Shown: positions 1 to 13,841 of the stretch, one piece after another
Position numbering within the stretch: position 1 is the first letter of the stretch
Layout of the letters: every line of letters starts with the position of its first letter
Source: Chrysomallon squamiferum
Taxonomy: Eukaryota > Animalia > Mollusca
Reading direction: 5' to 3'
DNA: 64,000 nucleotides
Assembly (NCBI GenBank): GCA_012295275.1
Contig: CM022671.1
Coordinates: forward strand, 29,946,001 to 30,010,000
Made by a program: the position numbers and the translations under genes
The notes under the pieces: generated by a model
What the model was told of the DNA's origin: nothing
Database searches by the model: none
What the model saw: the letters and a program-made list of their open reading frames with translations, nothing else

Positions 1-260
1 CTAAACTTCAGAATTTTTATATCCACCTCCTTATTTTACCGAATTTTTTAAAAATACATCTTCTGCATTAAATCCAGAAGCACGATGAAAAATACCCCCA
101 CAAATGTAAATATAGCTATCCAGATATAGAAAAAACTTCCTTTTTATTATTATTATTATTTTAAAACACCTGAATGCATTTTAATTAATCATACTGATTC
201 CTACATCAAATATATTGATTTTTATAAAGCTATCAGTCTGTTTTTAAACTTTATAACCAT

Positions 261-329
<69 letters not shown>

Positions 330-1030
330 TACATACAGATACAGATATTTTCCACCTTCCTTTTTAATAAAAATAATCTCTATGGTAAATTTAAATTTAT
401 AAGCAATGGTTATTTTTAAAAACACTGCATGATGCAAATAGCTTTGGAATGGGAGTGGCAATCTGAACTGTAGTCTTGTTAAATTCTTAGTGTGGGTTGT
501 TAGCAGTAATGACATTCACAAACAACAATTCGTAAAATCAATCTTCAGTGTTTTTATTGCCTACACTCTTTACTGTTCCAACCTGTATAATACCATCTTA
601 CCAGACGTTTGTAACCATTAATGTAAAAATGTATTCTTGAACAAAATATTATTTTTATTAAATGCCTTTAACTGCATTATTATCTTGCACTTTCTACATA
701 TGGTCTTTCAAAAAACTTATATATCTGTATTTGTACATTAAGTTTTTATTGCAGAACACTATGAAAATGTCTCACTTAAATACTTTTGCTGTATGTAAAA
801 TGCAAAATAATCTTTAATAAAACTGAATGTTTTTCTTTTACACAGATCAATGTTATTTTATTTTTAGGAAAATTTTGGTAATCAATTATTTTGTCAATAT
901 GAGGTTTTAATGTATTGGGTAATATTTCAGTTTTTCTAGATGGAAACCAGTAATTAATTTTTATTTAATGATAAAATATTCAGGTATTTTTAAAAACCAA
1001 ATAGATTTGAAAAAAACAACTGGAATTTAC

Positions 1031-1078
<48 letters not shown>

Positions 1079-2905
1079 TGAAAATCATTTACATGTATTT
1101 ATACACATCAGTTCTGGAGCACTGCCTGGAACTGGATATAGCCTGACAGATACTGCAGTGACATTGATCTTATTGATTGGATCTTCAAGCATTCTTCAAC
1201 TGTTTATCATCCACTCTCTTACACCCACACCGAGATAAAATGTTGTTCAATATGTTATTGTTATTCAGTGTGTTTAACATATGCATCTGGAACATTCTAA
1301 AATCAAAATTCCTCCACTGTCAAGCATTTGAAGAGTAAAATTATCATGCATGCATTTTCACTTGTTCAAAATAAATATATATTAATTAATTTCTTCCCCC
1401 CTCCATATGTTTAATAATTTGAAGGCTATCCTCTATAATTTTTATAGTTTGAAAATTGTGTTATTTAACAAGTATTGGATTATTATGACTTCAATGTTCA
1501 GTCTTTTAAGATGTGGATTAGAATATTTGGTCTTTAATCATTTAAAATTAAGTATTATGCAAACAAACAAAAAGATTTGTAGGTGGCATTCATGTAAGAA
1601 TCATAATTTAATTTTCATTTTATATTTTCAAAGAAAATATTTTTCTATAATTCTGAAAAAGAAATTTAGTGCAGCAAGTATATTGCTTTCATGAACACAT
1701 ATTCAAGTATTCTTTTAATGTGTATGTATGTGTATTTATGTATGAAATATTACTATATTTGTTTATATTAGGTAAGACAGATGGCATTTATTTAGAAAAA
1801 GGGAGGTCTGTGTATGTATGTTATTTTACATTTTTTTCAAACTGGATAAGACCTAGTATTTATTTAGAAATGGGATGTATAGAGATTATTTTTACATATG
1901 GTTTACACCTAGATACTATCTGTTATTATTTTAAGTGTATAATTTGTATATGGGATGAATGATTTATATTTTCTGAGTATTCTTTGCACATACTAATTTT
2001 TGATTATCACAACATGTACAGTAAAACACATACACTCACTTCACCCAGTTTAAGTTATCTGCACACAGTGATCTGTGATACCTTAAACTACAAAGAGGAT
2101 CCAAGAACAATAGGTACTGAGTTCAATTCAGTGCATGCCAGCACTTCTCCTGTTGTTGTATGAAGAACTGCCAAAGGTCAGAATCACCGATTATAAACCA
2201 AGCTTAAACTTTTAATTAGATATAATCTCAATTCATCTGTAGTATTATATACATTACTGTGAATGGGTATACTGTTACCTTACTAGTATAACAAATTCTG
2301 AAAAGCTGGCTTATCGCCAATTTCATCTCTGGAAAAGAGAGAAAACTAAAGATAATTTAAAACTGAGTTTTAAAACATATGAACACTATAACTTAAATAC
2401 ATTTTAATTATAAATTTATTGTACTATTTTGTCAGTCTTTACTATGAATAAAATATAATAAGCTTATGAAATGTGGAGTTCCGTTTCTCCTTTTTATAAC
2501 AACACAAATGTGAGTGTTTGTGTATGTGTGTAAAAAGATCTTGATACCTCATTTTGTATCTATTATCATAGATACAAATTTTATACAAAAAAATATGCCA
2601 TGATGAAACTGAAAAAATATGTTTCCGTCTCTACATCCAAAGTCACAAATCTTTTATTTTTATTATTAAATTATATTTTTTAGCAAAGAATAGCTGTGAG
2701 TAAAATAAACCAATCATTTAATATACAAAATGTTTTTTAACCAATTTGTACATATTACCAAATCTTAAGTTTTACACTGTTCATTTTATGTATGTAATTT
2801 AGTGTGTTATCACAGAAGGTATTGTTTTTGTCATTTTAAATTTCCCTTAACATCTTTAACCAATATTTTCCAGTTATTACCTGCCAAAAATTACATTCAT
2901 GCCAG

Positions 2906-2908
<3 letters not shown>

Positions 2909-2998
<90 letters not shown>
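2909..2998. repeat. (GA)n microsatellite
   Basis: Direct observation. Confidence 0.98.
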
Positions 2999-3002
<4 letters not shown>

Positions 3003-3239
3003 TGCGTAATTCTTAGTGTTTTCCAAACTGATCCATTAACTTGCTACTTCTGCAATAAATATAAATTTGAAAACAAACACATTCACTTATTTTCTTTTAA
3101 TATATATAATAATATATTTCTTGTATATATTGATATCTGTGTCAGTCATTCACATACAATAACATAAACATGTGCAAATTTTCTGGTCAATCACATCAAC
3201 AGATTTTTCCAACACATAACGTATTGCTAAGGGAAAAAA

Positions 3240-3270
<31 letters not shown>

Positions 3271-3729
3271 TTTATATATATATAGGTGGGTAGCATTAAT
3301 GTCCAGTTAGCACTTTTCCTCCCTTTTTTTTTTTTTAATGTTAACAAACTTGTAGCACCAATATTTAAGTGAGTTTGTGAAACAAAAGACACATGAGTTT
3401 ACCAGTCACACATATAACAAAACATTACACTTGTATAAGAATAGCAATTTGTGTCAGTTTTCAAAATAACAACAATGGTGATAATCATACATACTTTCCA
3501 TTACATACATATATATATTTATATATGTATTTTTTATTTTATTGTTTATAAAAAAATTAAGATTTTTTTTCATTATTCCGATTAGGGTTCAGATTATTTT
3601 TGTCGCGTTTGATGCAAGATTTCGATATTTTTATTATTCCTGTTTGGTATCACATATTTCATTATAAATCTAAGTTACTGTCTGTGGTCAGGGTATCCTG
3701 AATAATTCATTTTCCAGTGTATTTTTTCC

Positions 3730-4090
3730 CCCCTTGTTATTCATTTAAGTCCTATTTTTTCATTGTAAGAATCAAAGTTTTATTATTCAGTGTTTTATTT
3801 TTCAAAGGAAACTTAGATCATTTTATTATTCAGACTTTGACATGCATATTTTCATTATTCAGTGTAAAATATTTTTGTTATTCAACACTGAAACTATGTT
3901 TTTGATTATTCACTTTAAGACTCAAATCATTTTATTAATCACTCTAGGTTTAATACTTAAAATATTTTTATTCCTCACTCCAAGACTTGAGATTATTTTC
4001 ATTATTCACTATAAGTCAAACAGTTTCATTACTGATTTAACATTTGAATATTTTTTAATATTTCACATTACAGATTCATGTTATTCATAT
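3730..4090. repeat. Degenerate ~29-bp tandem array just downstream of the FBXL14 stop (probable 3' UTR)
   Basis: About 10 recurrences of TTTTATTATTCA(C/G)T...AAGACT-like units at roughly 25-40 bp spacing. Confidence 0.55.
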
Positions 4091-4240
4091 TTATCTTACA
4101 TAATTCAATAAGGAAAACATTATTTCCATTTTTCAAACAGAAGCAGCGAACAAATTCATCCCACCCTTATCAGTTCTGTCATATAACACCTGATAACTGT
4201 TGTCATGGATTTTAAATGTCACCATTTTTTTTTTCTCTCA

Positions 4241-5449
4241 TTACCTCTTATGCCAGAGTCCAAGATTCAGTGTTGTTAGACCCGGAAGCTGCATAATTTT
4301 TTCCAAACCAACAGTCGTTATTCGAGTACAGCCATACAAGTCTATAGACTTTAACTGTTTAAGTTTTGCTCCAATTGAACTTAGGCTTTTGTCCGTAATG
4401 CGACTGCACTGACCAATGTTTAGTGTCGTCAGGTCATGTAAGGAGTTAACAATTTTGTCAATGCCGTCATCACTGACATTGCACGAGCCAAGACTGAGAC
4501 TCCTCAAACTGAATAATCCTTGAGATAGGTACGCGAGACCCTGGTCGCCGACTTTGTCACAAAAACTTACATCCAGCGAACTTAATCTGGATCCTCCTTC
4601 CGCCAAGAAACCGAGGCCATTGTCACTGATGTTGTCACAGCTTCGGAGGTTCAGTTCTTGTAAACTTTGCATTTTTGATAAAAATTTTATACCAGTATCC
4701 GTGACACTTCCACAAAAAGAAAGATTGATTGTTTTGAGCCTGGGAAGCCCCACACTGACATGTTTCAATGCCTGATCAGTCAGTTTCTGACAGTCTTGTA
4801 ACCCAAGATGTTCCAACTCGGGATTCCCGCAACTTGCAGACTGCTGACACATACCGGCTAAATAACCTATTCCTTGATCGGAAATATGTCGACAGCTCCG
4901 TAAATTTAAACGTTTTAACCTTTTTAAACTGACTGCTATGAGTAGAAGACCGGTGTTTGTGATATTCGAACAACCACCCAACTCGAGAACTTCAAGATTT
5001 TTTAAATATTGAGTTATCCGCCCCAAACTTGAATCAGTTACTTGTTTGCACAGACTGAGGTTCAACAACAACATTGACGACAATTCCTGCGAAAAGGCGT
5101 GACTGAGGCCAACGTCCGTTATATTATAACATCCACTGAGGTTCAAACTTTCCAAACCGGGAATTCCGGCCATGACATCGCGCAGACTTCTCCTAACACT
5201 CAAAACCTGAACTCGACGAATTCCACGCTTGACGAGACTGGGGAACAAAGACGGATTCGCTCGTCTAAGATGGAGTTTCGCTTCAACATTTCGCCAAACC
5301 ATGCGATGGTAGGCAGCGTCTCTCCACGCAACACATACTTGAGCTACTCTACCTTTATCCCGCACATCCAAATGAGAAAATATCATGGCTAATATCTCAG
5401 GAAACAGCGAAGAAATATGTACTGAGGACCGACAAACCGTGTCCTCCAT
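4241..5449 (-). CDS. FBXL14: F-box/LRR-repeat protein 14 (FBXL14, Partner of paired orthologue), 402 aa, uninterrupted ORF
   Basis: The N-terminal F-box HISSLFPEILAMIFSHLDVRDKGRVAQVCVAWRDAAY followed by VEAKLHLRRANPSLFPSL is near-identical to vertebrate FBXL14. About 11 cysteine-containing LRRs follow (LNLSGCYNITD, LELGGCSNITN, LNLRSCRHISD...), ending LNLGLW. Stop TAA is followed directly by TGA. Confidence 0.97.
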   Translation of the reverse strand: MEDTVCRSSVHISSLFPEILAMIFSHLDVRDKGRVAQVCVAWRDAAYHRMVWRNVEAKLHLRRANPSLFPSLVKRGIRRVQVLSVRRSLRDVMAGIPGLESLNLSGCYNITDVGLSHAFSQELSSMLLLNLSLCKQVTDSSLGRITQYLKNLEVLELGGCSNITNTGLLLIAVSLKRLKRLNLRSCRHISDQGIGYLAGMCQQSASCGNPELEHLGLQDCQKLTDQALKHVSVGLPRLKTINLSFCGSVTDTGIKFLSKMQSLQELNLRSCDNISDNGLGFLAEGGSRLSSLDVSFCDKVGDQGLAYLSQGLFSLRSLSLGSCNVSDDGIDKIVNSLHDLTTLNIGQCSRITDKSLSSIGAKLKQLKSIDLYGCTRITTVGLEKIMQLPGLTTLNLGLWHKR

Positions 5450-5459
5450 ATTTCCTCGC

Positions 5460-5580
5460 TTCTGTCACGTGATATTAGCAAACATTCCTCTCGGCTGGAT
5501 AAGAGCGGCTTTCTGATTGGCTAGGGCCGAAACTTGTTCAAAAATAGATACAATCGCCAGGCACACCACGCGGGAAGTCC
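5460..5580 (-). promoter_or_regulatory. FBXL14 proximal promoter / 5' leader
   Basis: CpG-rich patch immediately upstream of the ATG. It contains a CCAAT box (ATTGG 5516-5520 on +), a palindromic E-box TCACGTGA (5465-5472) and an E2F-like GCGGGAA (5570-5576). Motif matches only; the TSS was not determined. Confidence 0.55.
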
Positions 5581-6310
5581 AGCGTGCTGCTGTGTGCTAC
5601 CGTAAAATGTACCGTTAAGTTAAATGCAACTAATAAATGCTCTAAATAGGAATACGATATTTAAAATAATTATCCATTCATTTGTGGATGTGTATATCCT
5701 TAATGTTTCGGGAGCTGTTTAATACCATCTTATTTATTTATTATTACTGTAGTAAATTGTACTCCTTGGGAACAAAAACTAGTTGCATAACAACGTGACT
5801 CAAAATCAGGTTTTATTTACGAACTCAAACTGCAGTAACTATAAATTAATGAAAACAAAGACGATTTCAAATTACATTATCAACATAATAGAAATATATG
5901 CCTGTCTGTTGTAGATTAAAGAGAGAGAATTATAATGTATCTGTAATTATTTATTAACGCACAGAAACATTGAAAACTATACACAGATTTCGTACCCAGT
6001 AGATACCGCCACAACTACAGTCTGACCCTTACTATAAGAACGATTACCTTTCGTCGGGCCTATTTACTTTGTTACTATGTAATAAATACTTTTTAAAAGC
6101 TTGTAATGAAATAAATGTACATCGCTGCAGCCCAGACTTTTATGTCTCTCAATTTCGCAGTTAAATGAAATACTAGATGTTAAGCGGAAAAGTATCATTG
6201 AAAGAATGCAATGATGGATAAAGAGGGGACCGCGTGCACACAAATTTCGTACCAAGAGACTGCAGTGGTGATGATAATATAAAAATCAAATGATGATGAT
6301 GATGATGATG

Positions 6311-6393
<83 letters not shown>

Positions 6394-8789
6394 AAATTGG
6401 TAGATTACCCCATAACTATGCACGCCTGATGAGGTGTTGATGTGCTAGATAATTATTATTATTTTGTTCAAAAGTAAATAGCGGGAAATGAGAGTTTTAA
6501 TTTAGTAGAAATATTAGGATTTTAAAGCTCAGTCTGATTTTAAAAGCAACATAAAAAAATAATAATAATAATAATAATAATAATACTAGTACTAGTAGTA
6601 GTGGTAGTTGTAGTAGTAGTAATAACAGAAATAGTAATAGTAATAATAATAAACTAAAACTAATAATAATAATAATAATAATAATTCTTTACTTCTACTG
6701 TCACACTTTTGTTGGACGTCATAAAACTATTTTTGTTAAATGAGAGCAGCGTAAATTTCTAAAAATAAATTCTATTCACACTTTAGTTTCGAAAATCGGG
6801 TTACTTGTGTGTAATGAGCTGGTGTTCAAGGGGTAGAAGGATTGAGAAAATACCCAGTACTTTGTGTATTTCCCAGTACAATGCGACACTTATTATCTAC
6901 AAGGGAATACGTTTGTCTGTCTGTCTGTATGTATGCCATTCCCAAACCTCAAAAAAAAAGGTTTGAGCCACCGTGGTATATATATGTGTATATGTGTGTG
7001 TGTGTATGTGTGTGTGTGTGTGTGTGTTTACACATAATGAACATGCATTCTTACTTCATGATAACCAAAATACACAAATTACATATTATGATACTTGACA
7101 AACTAATTACTAGAGCCTGAATATATAGCCTAAATTAAATATGTTTTACGATGAACTGAAGTGTATTAAAAAAGTCGTAGAAAAATCACTCTAATGTGAT
7201 GAATGCTGTTTTGTGGTATTTTTTTGTAAAATGAATTTTTAAAACGCACTGTGTCTAGTAAGAAATAGAGAAGTGGAAGAAATGACTATTCAAAAACGAA
7301 AATAAAGTAAGACAGTTTATATAATTCTTTATAGAAAGACCGTCCCCTCCACCGAAAAAAAAAAGAAAAAAGAAAACGAAGAAATATGTGTATGCTTCTC
7401 GAGGTTTTGTACATATGTATGTATATGTGTGTGTATGTGTGTGTGTGTACGTATGTATATGTGTGTGTGTGTATGTGTTTATATACGTATGTGTGTATAT
7501 TTGAATGCATGTATGTATATATGCACGTATGTGTGTATGGATGCATGTATGTATGTACGTAATATGTACATACATGTGTATGTGTATATGTCTGTGTGTG
7601 TGTGCGTGTGCATGTTAGTTTAATATATCGTTTTCTCTTCTTCATATTATTATTTTTATTAAATGGGATACAAAAAAAAAACAACAAAAAAAACAACAAC
7701 ATATATATACCATTCATAACAATATAAATACTGAACAACAAATAAAAATAAACAAAAATAATGAATACATGTATAAAATTTTATTTAAAAAACTGAACTT
7801 ATGTATATGTCATATAAAAGGTTTATATGCTTTATGAGGGAATAAATACGTTTCTATTTAAAAACGGAACTTCATGGTATATAATTATAGTTTTTTATTA
7901 TTTTAATTTTTTTTCTTCTGGTAAGTTTGGATCTGATAGTCTGGTATTCACAATTTATAATATCATCTGTCAGGAGTTTTGAAACATACCACATGTGTAA
8001 ATGTCAGAAATCGGCACGCTTTCGGTTCAGAAACAGACATAGCCATCCAATTAACTATCGCTGTTGTCTTTAAAAATATATGCAAAAAAGAAATAAAAAT
8101 AAAAATAATAATAAAAATAAGGTTGTTAACATCTTGCAGAAGAAAATCATAAACGTTTTGGGGTTATTTTTAGCAGAAAAGTTCTTTGAAAAAAAAAAAA
8201 AAGATATATATAAAAACAGTCTTAGTATAGAAGATTTTAGTCACCTTTTGAGCTTTCCCATTTCATGTATGGATTGTTGTTATAGTAGTGCTTCCCTGTA
8301 GGAGAATGATGAACTGCTAAAGCGCGGATACTGGCGCGAACCGCCGGAGAAAGCAGACGCGAATTGAAGCTTTTCAAGTAAAAAAAAAAAAAATAAAAAA
8401 AAAAATAAAAAAAAAGAAATCTAAAAGAAGAAAAAAAGCAGACGTCGTCGAAAAAGACAGGAGTTGATTGAGATAGGGGCGGGAAAAAGTGACACTAGCG
8501 GTCCACCCCTTGTCTGTTTCAGGGTACATTGAGACATCGTTATGCGTAAATATGTGTTTTCAAAATGGATACTGCTGTAACTGGTTATCATTTTCTGAAA
8601 AATCGTTTTCAATGACATGCGCTTTTGGTCGGAAAGGATTTAGCGATGGTGAGCAGAAGTGAATGCACTGCTCTGGTTCTTTTCTTTTTTCTCCGTCTCC
8701 ATGTTTCGTTATTTATATTATCATCATCATAACGTGCTGTGCGTAAATCTGCCCCTTGGAAAGGTATTCTGAAAAGTGATTGGGTGTAT

Positions 8790-8829
<40 letters not shown>

Positions 8830-8935
8830 AAAAGAAAGGAAGATGACAAACAACAGACAAGACATTGTCATGGAAACAGGCGTATTTGACTTTTTCACCA
8901 GCGCAACCACTTGCAGGTAAGTCGATTTTTATTTG

Positions 8936-8972
<37 letters not shown>

Positions 8973-9914
8973 AAGAAAGAAAGAAGAAAAAAAAATGTAA
9001 GAAAGAAAAAGAAAAGTATATTGATAATAAAATATGCTAACTTAGCATTTCATATTGTCAATATGAATGAATGAATTTATTATATTTACCTCAAATGAAA
9101 TATAGGTTGTGTTAGCAGACACATAAGTAATTTAATATAAAAAAAAAAAAAAAAAAAAAAATAAATAAAAAAAAATTATAATAATAATAGATAAATAAAT
9201 AAAAATAAGAAATGAGGACAGTATGACAATAATATTGTGATATATACGTTGTCTTTGACTACATATATAACCATTCATTTTTAAATAGCTTTGACTGAAG
9301 TAAAGCATTAAGAAAAGTTAAATAATTAACTCAGTAGAAATATTTTTATAAATGCCTCTATAACTGATGTGAAATAGTTTTAAAGCAGTGATTGTATATT
9401 TGATACATGTTTGATATACGACGCATGCGCACGCACGCACACACAAATATATACAGCAAAAATATATAGACTGAATTTACAGAAATACATATGTATGTAT
9501 GTTTACTGCGTTATTTCCCATGTTTTGTGACAAATATATCAAAAGTAGTGAAATTTACTTAGTTTACCTATAAGAACGGTTAGGCTGAAGGAGTTTTTCT
9601 GTTAATCAATACAAATAGCTTGTGGAGTGGTGTAGACATTAGGTTCCATTCTCTTGTTACATATTAAGACCTAACAGTCATTAGTTTTAAATCATACTGA
9701 AATTTCGTTAAACAAATTTTCACGCATGCATACACATTCACAGACATGTATACATACTCACATGTGACGTAAATACACGCATGTGCAATAAAACACACAC
9801 ACACACAAACACACACACACAGGTACCGTGAATATACACACATATAGGTGCCGCGAACACATACACACGCATACACAAACTGGTGCCGTTAATATAATTA
9901 CACATACGTTCCGT

Positions 9915-9994
<80 letters not shown>

Positions 9995-10546
9995 ACCGTG
10001 AACACACACATATCAATGTGCCGAAAATATACACCCGTACGATCAAGACTTGGCTAATGGTCATCACCTGCATACATCATCAACCACTTGTTCAGAAATG
10101 CCATCGTAAATTGCCAACGTATTTCTTCTTTACCCACTTTGTACACCGGTGTAACATCCGAACTCGCCCTCGCGGCGAGTATTTTCAAATACGAATGAAA
10201 GGTTATACCAGCCACTGAGTGCAATAACCAGCTGTTAGTTCACAGTTGTATGTTTATTTTAACTATTATCAATTATACAATTAATCTAATGTGAGATTAT
10301 TCTTAATATATGAAGGTTGTGTTTATACGTAACTTATTATGTGTTTCTGTGTTTCACATACATACATAAATACATACATACATACGTACATACATATATA
10401 CATGTATATAAATTCATTACATCTATCTTCATAAAGAAAATTTAAATAGAAACAAATAAAACTTATCCTCAGAAGTTGTAGTAGTAGTAGTAGTAGTAGT
10501 AGTAGTAATAATAATAATAATAAAAAGAAATGAATAGCCATTTATA

Positions 10547-10606
<60 letters not shown>

Positions 10607-11351
10607 TATACATATAAGAACACGAAGCAGAGAAAATTAGAAAAAAGTAGAAGAAATAAAAACACCGGCTTTTCGTAGGCCAGTAGGCTATGTCAAAACT
10701 TAGCAAAGTCGACATGCTTATAAATACCTAATTTAGCTAATCCTAAAATAACTTAAAACCTCGAAATGGGTCACTTGACAGTGGGAAAAGGTTTTAGACA
10801 CAACTGTAGATTTTTTTAAAGTTTTTTTTTTTTTTTTTTTAAGTAACACTTCAGCTGTAAGCTTATCTTGCAGTTAAATAATACCACCAAATCTTAACAC
10901 AGAAATGGGCAAGAGACTTGGTATGCGGCTTAAATTTCTTCCCTGCGTTAGCGTTGATCTAGCACTCACGGGAGAAAGATAGGGGAAGGGGAGAGCGAGA
11001 GTGAGAAAAAAAAAAACGTATCACCGATCTCTCGCAAACAAAAATAAACCTGCTCTTCAGAGACGGGATGTTTCGGCAATGTGAAACTATTTTTTTGTAT
11101 AAGGATGAAAGGAATGTGTTTTTTTCTTCTCCACGTGAGACGCTTGTTATTCCTTAAACAAAACACAACGGTTTCGGGATGGAGCTTAGCCCGTGTTTGT
11201 TTAGCTAACCGGTGCATGTTCCAGGCATAGTTTTTGATGCGTCTGTCGTAAATTAACACTCGGTGAGATAACCAACAGCGATTTGGGCAACTGAAATGCT
11301 TGTTTACGGAAGCGGTGTTGTGTCTTTATTTCTTTTTACTACACTACAAAT

Positions 11352-11508
<157 letters not shown>

Positions 11509-11566
11509 ATTTCAGCAGTTGTTTAAAAACGTATCCCCTCTGTATTTCTCTTTCTGTCTGCAACTT

Positions 11567-11623
<57 letters not shown>

Positions 11624-12689
11624 GAATATATTTAATAAGTTTATCAAAATATAAATACCTATCTTACACACTCACACATGAATACTATAAACAAACAGAT
11701 ATTCACAAACACGGACATAAACCCTTTCTCCTGAAACTCTCATACGAACACACAGACACACACGAACTTTAGCAACCAAGAAAGTAACGACTCAAATTCT
11801 TTCTGGAAATTATTTCTAAAATCCGTTTCCATTGTTATTGGATTACATTTTTTTTAAATTTTACGTTCTTCTTTCTAAATGTGACCTTCCTGAAAATGAA
11901 CTCTTTATTGCGGAAGGTAATACTCAGCAAAATTTATACATGTTTTTTTTTAGGGGGAGGGGGGCAGATGGTGAACTTGAATTATGTGCCATAGTCATTA
12001 TTAACGCTTGGATGATTCCTAAACCAACCTCCTCCTCCCAACTACTCCAGTACACGACCCTTTATTGTAACGAGGTTGCGTATTGTGTGATTGTGTTTCG
12101 TTTCCTTACTTTCTAAAATATCCATTTTTCATTTTCGATTTTTTTTTTTTTAATTTTAGTTTAGTTTTTTGGATTTATTTATTTATTTTATTATTATTAT
12201 TATTATTTTTTTTTTTTTTGTATAGCCATTAAAATAAACACGGTAATGAAAGCTTATTATTTTAAACTTTCATGTAGCTAATGTACTTAATCTGAAATTA
12301 TTGGAAAATTCAAAGTCTTTTGGTTGTAACTGTTTTTGCCATAATTTCTTATCCTGTCATGTACATTGCGATTTGTATGCGCGTGTGTACGTGTGCGCAC
12401 GCGCAAAAATGATCATGATCACCAATTTATTTTTGGTTTCTTTTGAAATACAGATCGGAATGCACAAGAATTAACAATGTAATATATAGTTTTCTCATAG
12501 GTGGTTGTATTATTCTAAAAATGTAATAGTGTCTATTCCAAGGGATCTGTACTTTTTACATTGGTAAATTCCACTTCGCCGAATATTTCTTTTTCAATAA
12601 AAAGAAATCCTAGGTCTACATCAGTCCAGCTATATATGTTAATTTTATAGTTTAATATACAGTAATGTATTTTTTGTTACTGTGTGTAC

Positions 12690-12756
12690 TCAAAGAAAGA
12701 GGGTAGTTATTTGAAAACTATCATTCAGGTCGTTGGTTCGAATCTAACTCGCGGAG
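12690..12756 (+). pseudogene. Decayed tRNA-Tyr-like pseudogene (3' half plus intron remnant)
   Basis: Reads GTAG-ttatttgaaaact-ATCATTCAGGTC-GTTGG TTCGAAT CTAAC-TCGCGGAG, then CTTTT. This aligns to the anticodon/intron/T-arm/acceptor 3' part of the two intact tRNA-Tyr copies. The T-stem still pairs and the B-box is intact, but the D-arm and 5' acceptor strand are lost. Confidence 0.7.
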
Positions 12757-12957
12757 CTTTTGTTGTTGCTGTTGTCATAATTTATAATAATTTAGTAAGC
12801 TATTTTATTTTTGATACGTGAAAATTGAAAATGATAAAATTATAAATAAAATAAATTATGAAATAAAATAAAATAATTATATAAATAAATCGTCTGAATT
12901 TATAATACCAAATTAACGATGAATGTCATATAGGATACAGTAATAAAATTAGTTTTA

Positions 12958-13029
<72 letters not shown>

Positions 13030-13783
13030 ACTTTTTAAAATAAATAAAAAATGTATGTTCCTTTCGTGTACGATTCGCCCATCATTCGGGATCCCTTGAA
13101 CCGCAAATTAACGTCACTGATCTTAAAGACAAGACAAGCAATTACTAACGTTTCGTGGGACGAACAGAGCAAAGTCTGATATAAAACTGTATGCATGTAA
13201 CCCGATGACAGAATGAAACCATTATCTGCTACGTCAAGCTTGTGATATATAACCGACTGTCTTACCGGCAACTAAAACGACCAAGTTAAATTGTCTCCCT
13301 TCGTTTTCTTGACACGAACATTCGTTTCTTTCCGTTAATTTATGCAAATTAGGTTCACATTTCTGCTGCCCCACATTTGTTTTCTGTCTGTAGCGGTTAT
13401 TTACGAGACCAACGAGGAAGACATTTTTATACAGAGCAGACGAAAGAAGTTTGTGTCAGCGATGGAAAGAGAGAAAATTTATTGTCGGTTTTTTTCGTTG
13501 CTAAATAACGGAATATAAAAAGGTATGGCAATGTAAGTTAGTGATGTTTTTCATTATTTTGAAAAGAAGAAAAATGAACTAGCAAAGTGGATGGAAACTG
13601 ATATAACAATAAAGAGATATTTTATGTCATCGGTATGATTCGTTTTACAATGCTTATGAACACCTATACATTTATATCTTTGAAATAAATACACACAACT
13701 TGACGTAAAAGCTACAGCGAAAACCAGAGTATATTTGTAATATAAACTTTTGTGTTTTGAAATACTTTACATCATCTTATTCT

Positions 13784-13841
<58 letters not shown>

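Noticed and set aside
4200-5392. Short ORFs overlapping FBXL14 (4200, 4554, 4776, 5099)
   Set aside because: They are shadow frames of the real CDS.
8306-8370. C/D snoRNA suggested by ATGATGA
   Set aside because: There is no properly placed D box (CTGA) or terminal stem.
10160-10217. Hairpin ACTCGCC-CTCGC-GGCGAGT and a CCAGCCACTG end, suggestive of a transposon terminus
   Set aside because: The stem is only 7 bp and no matching opposite end was found.
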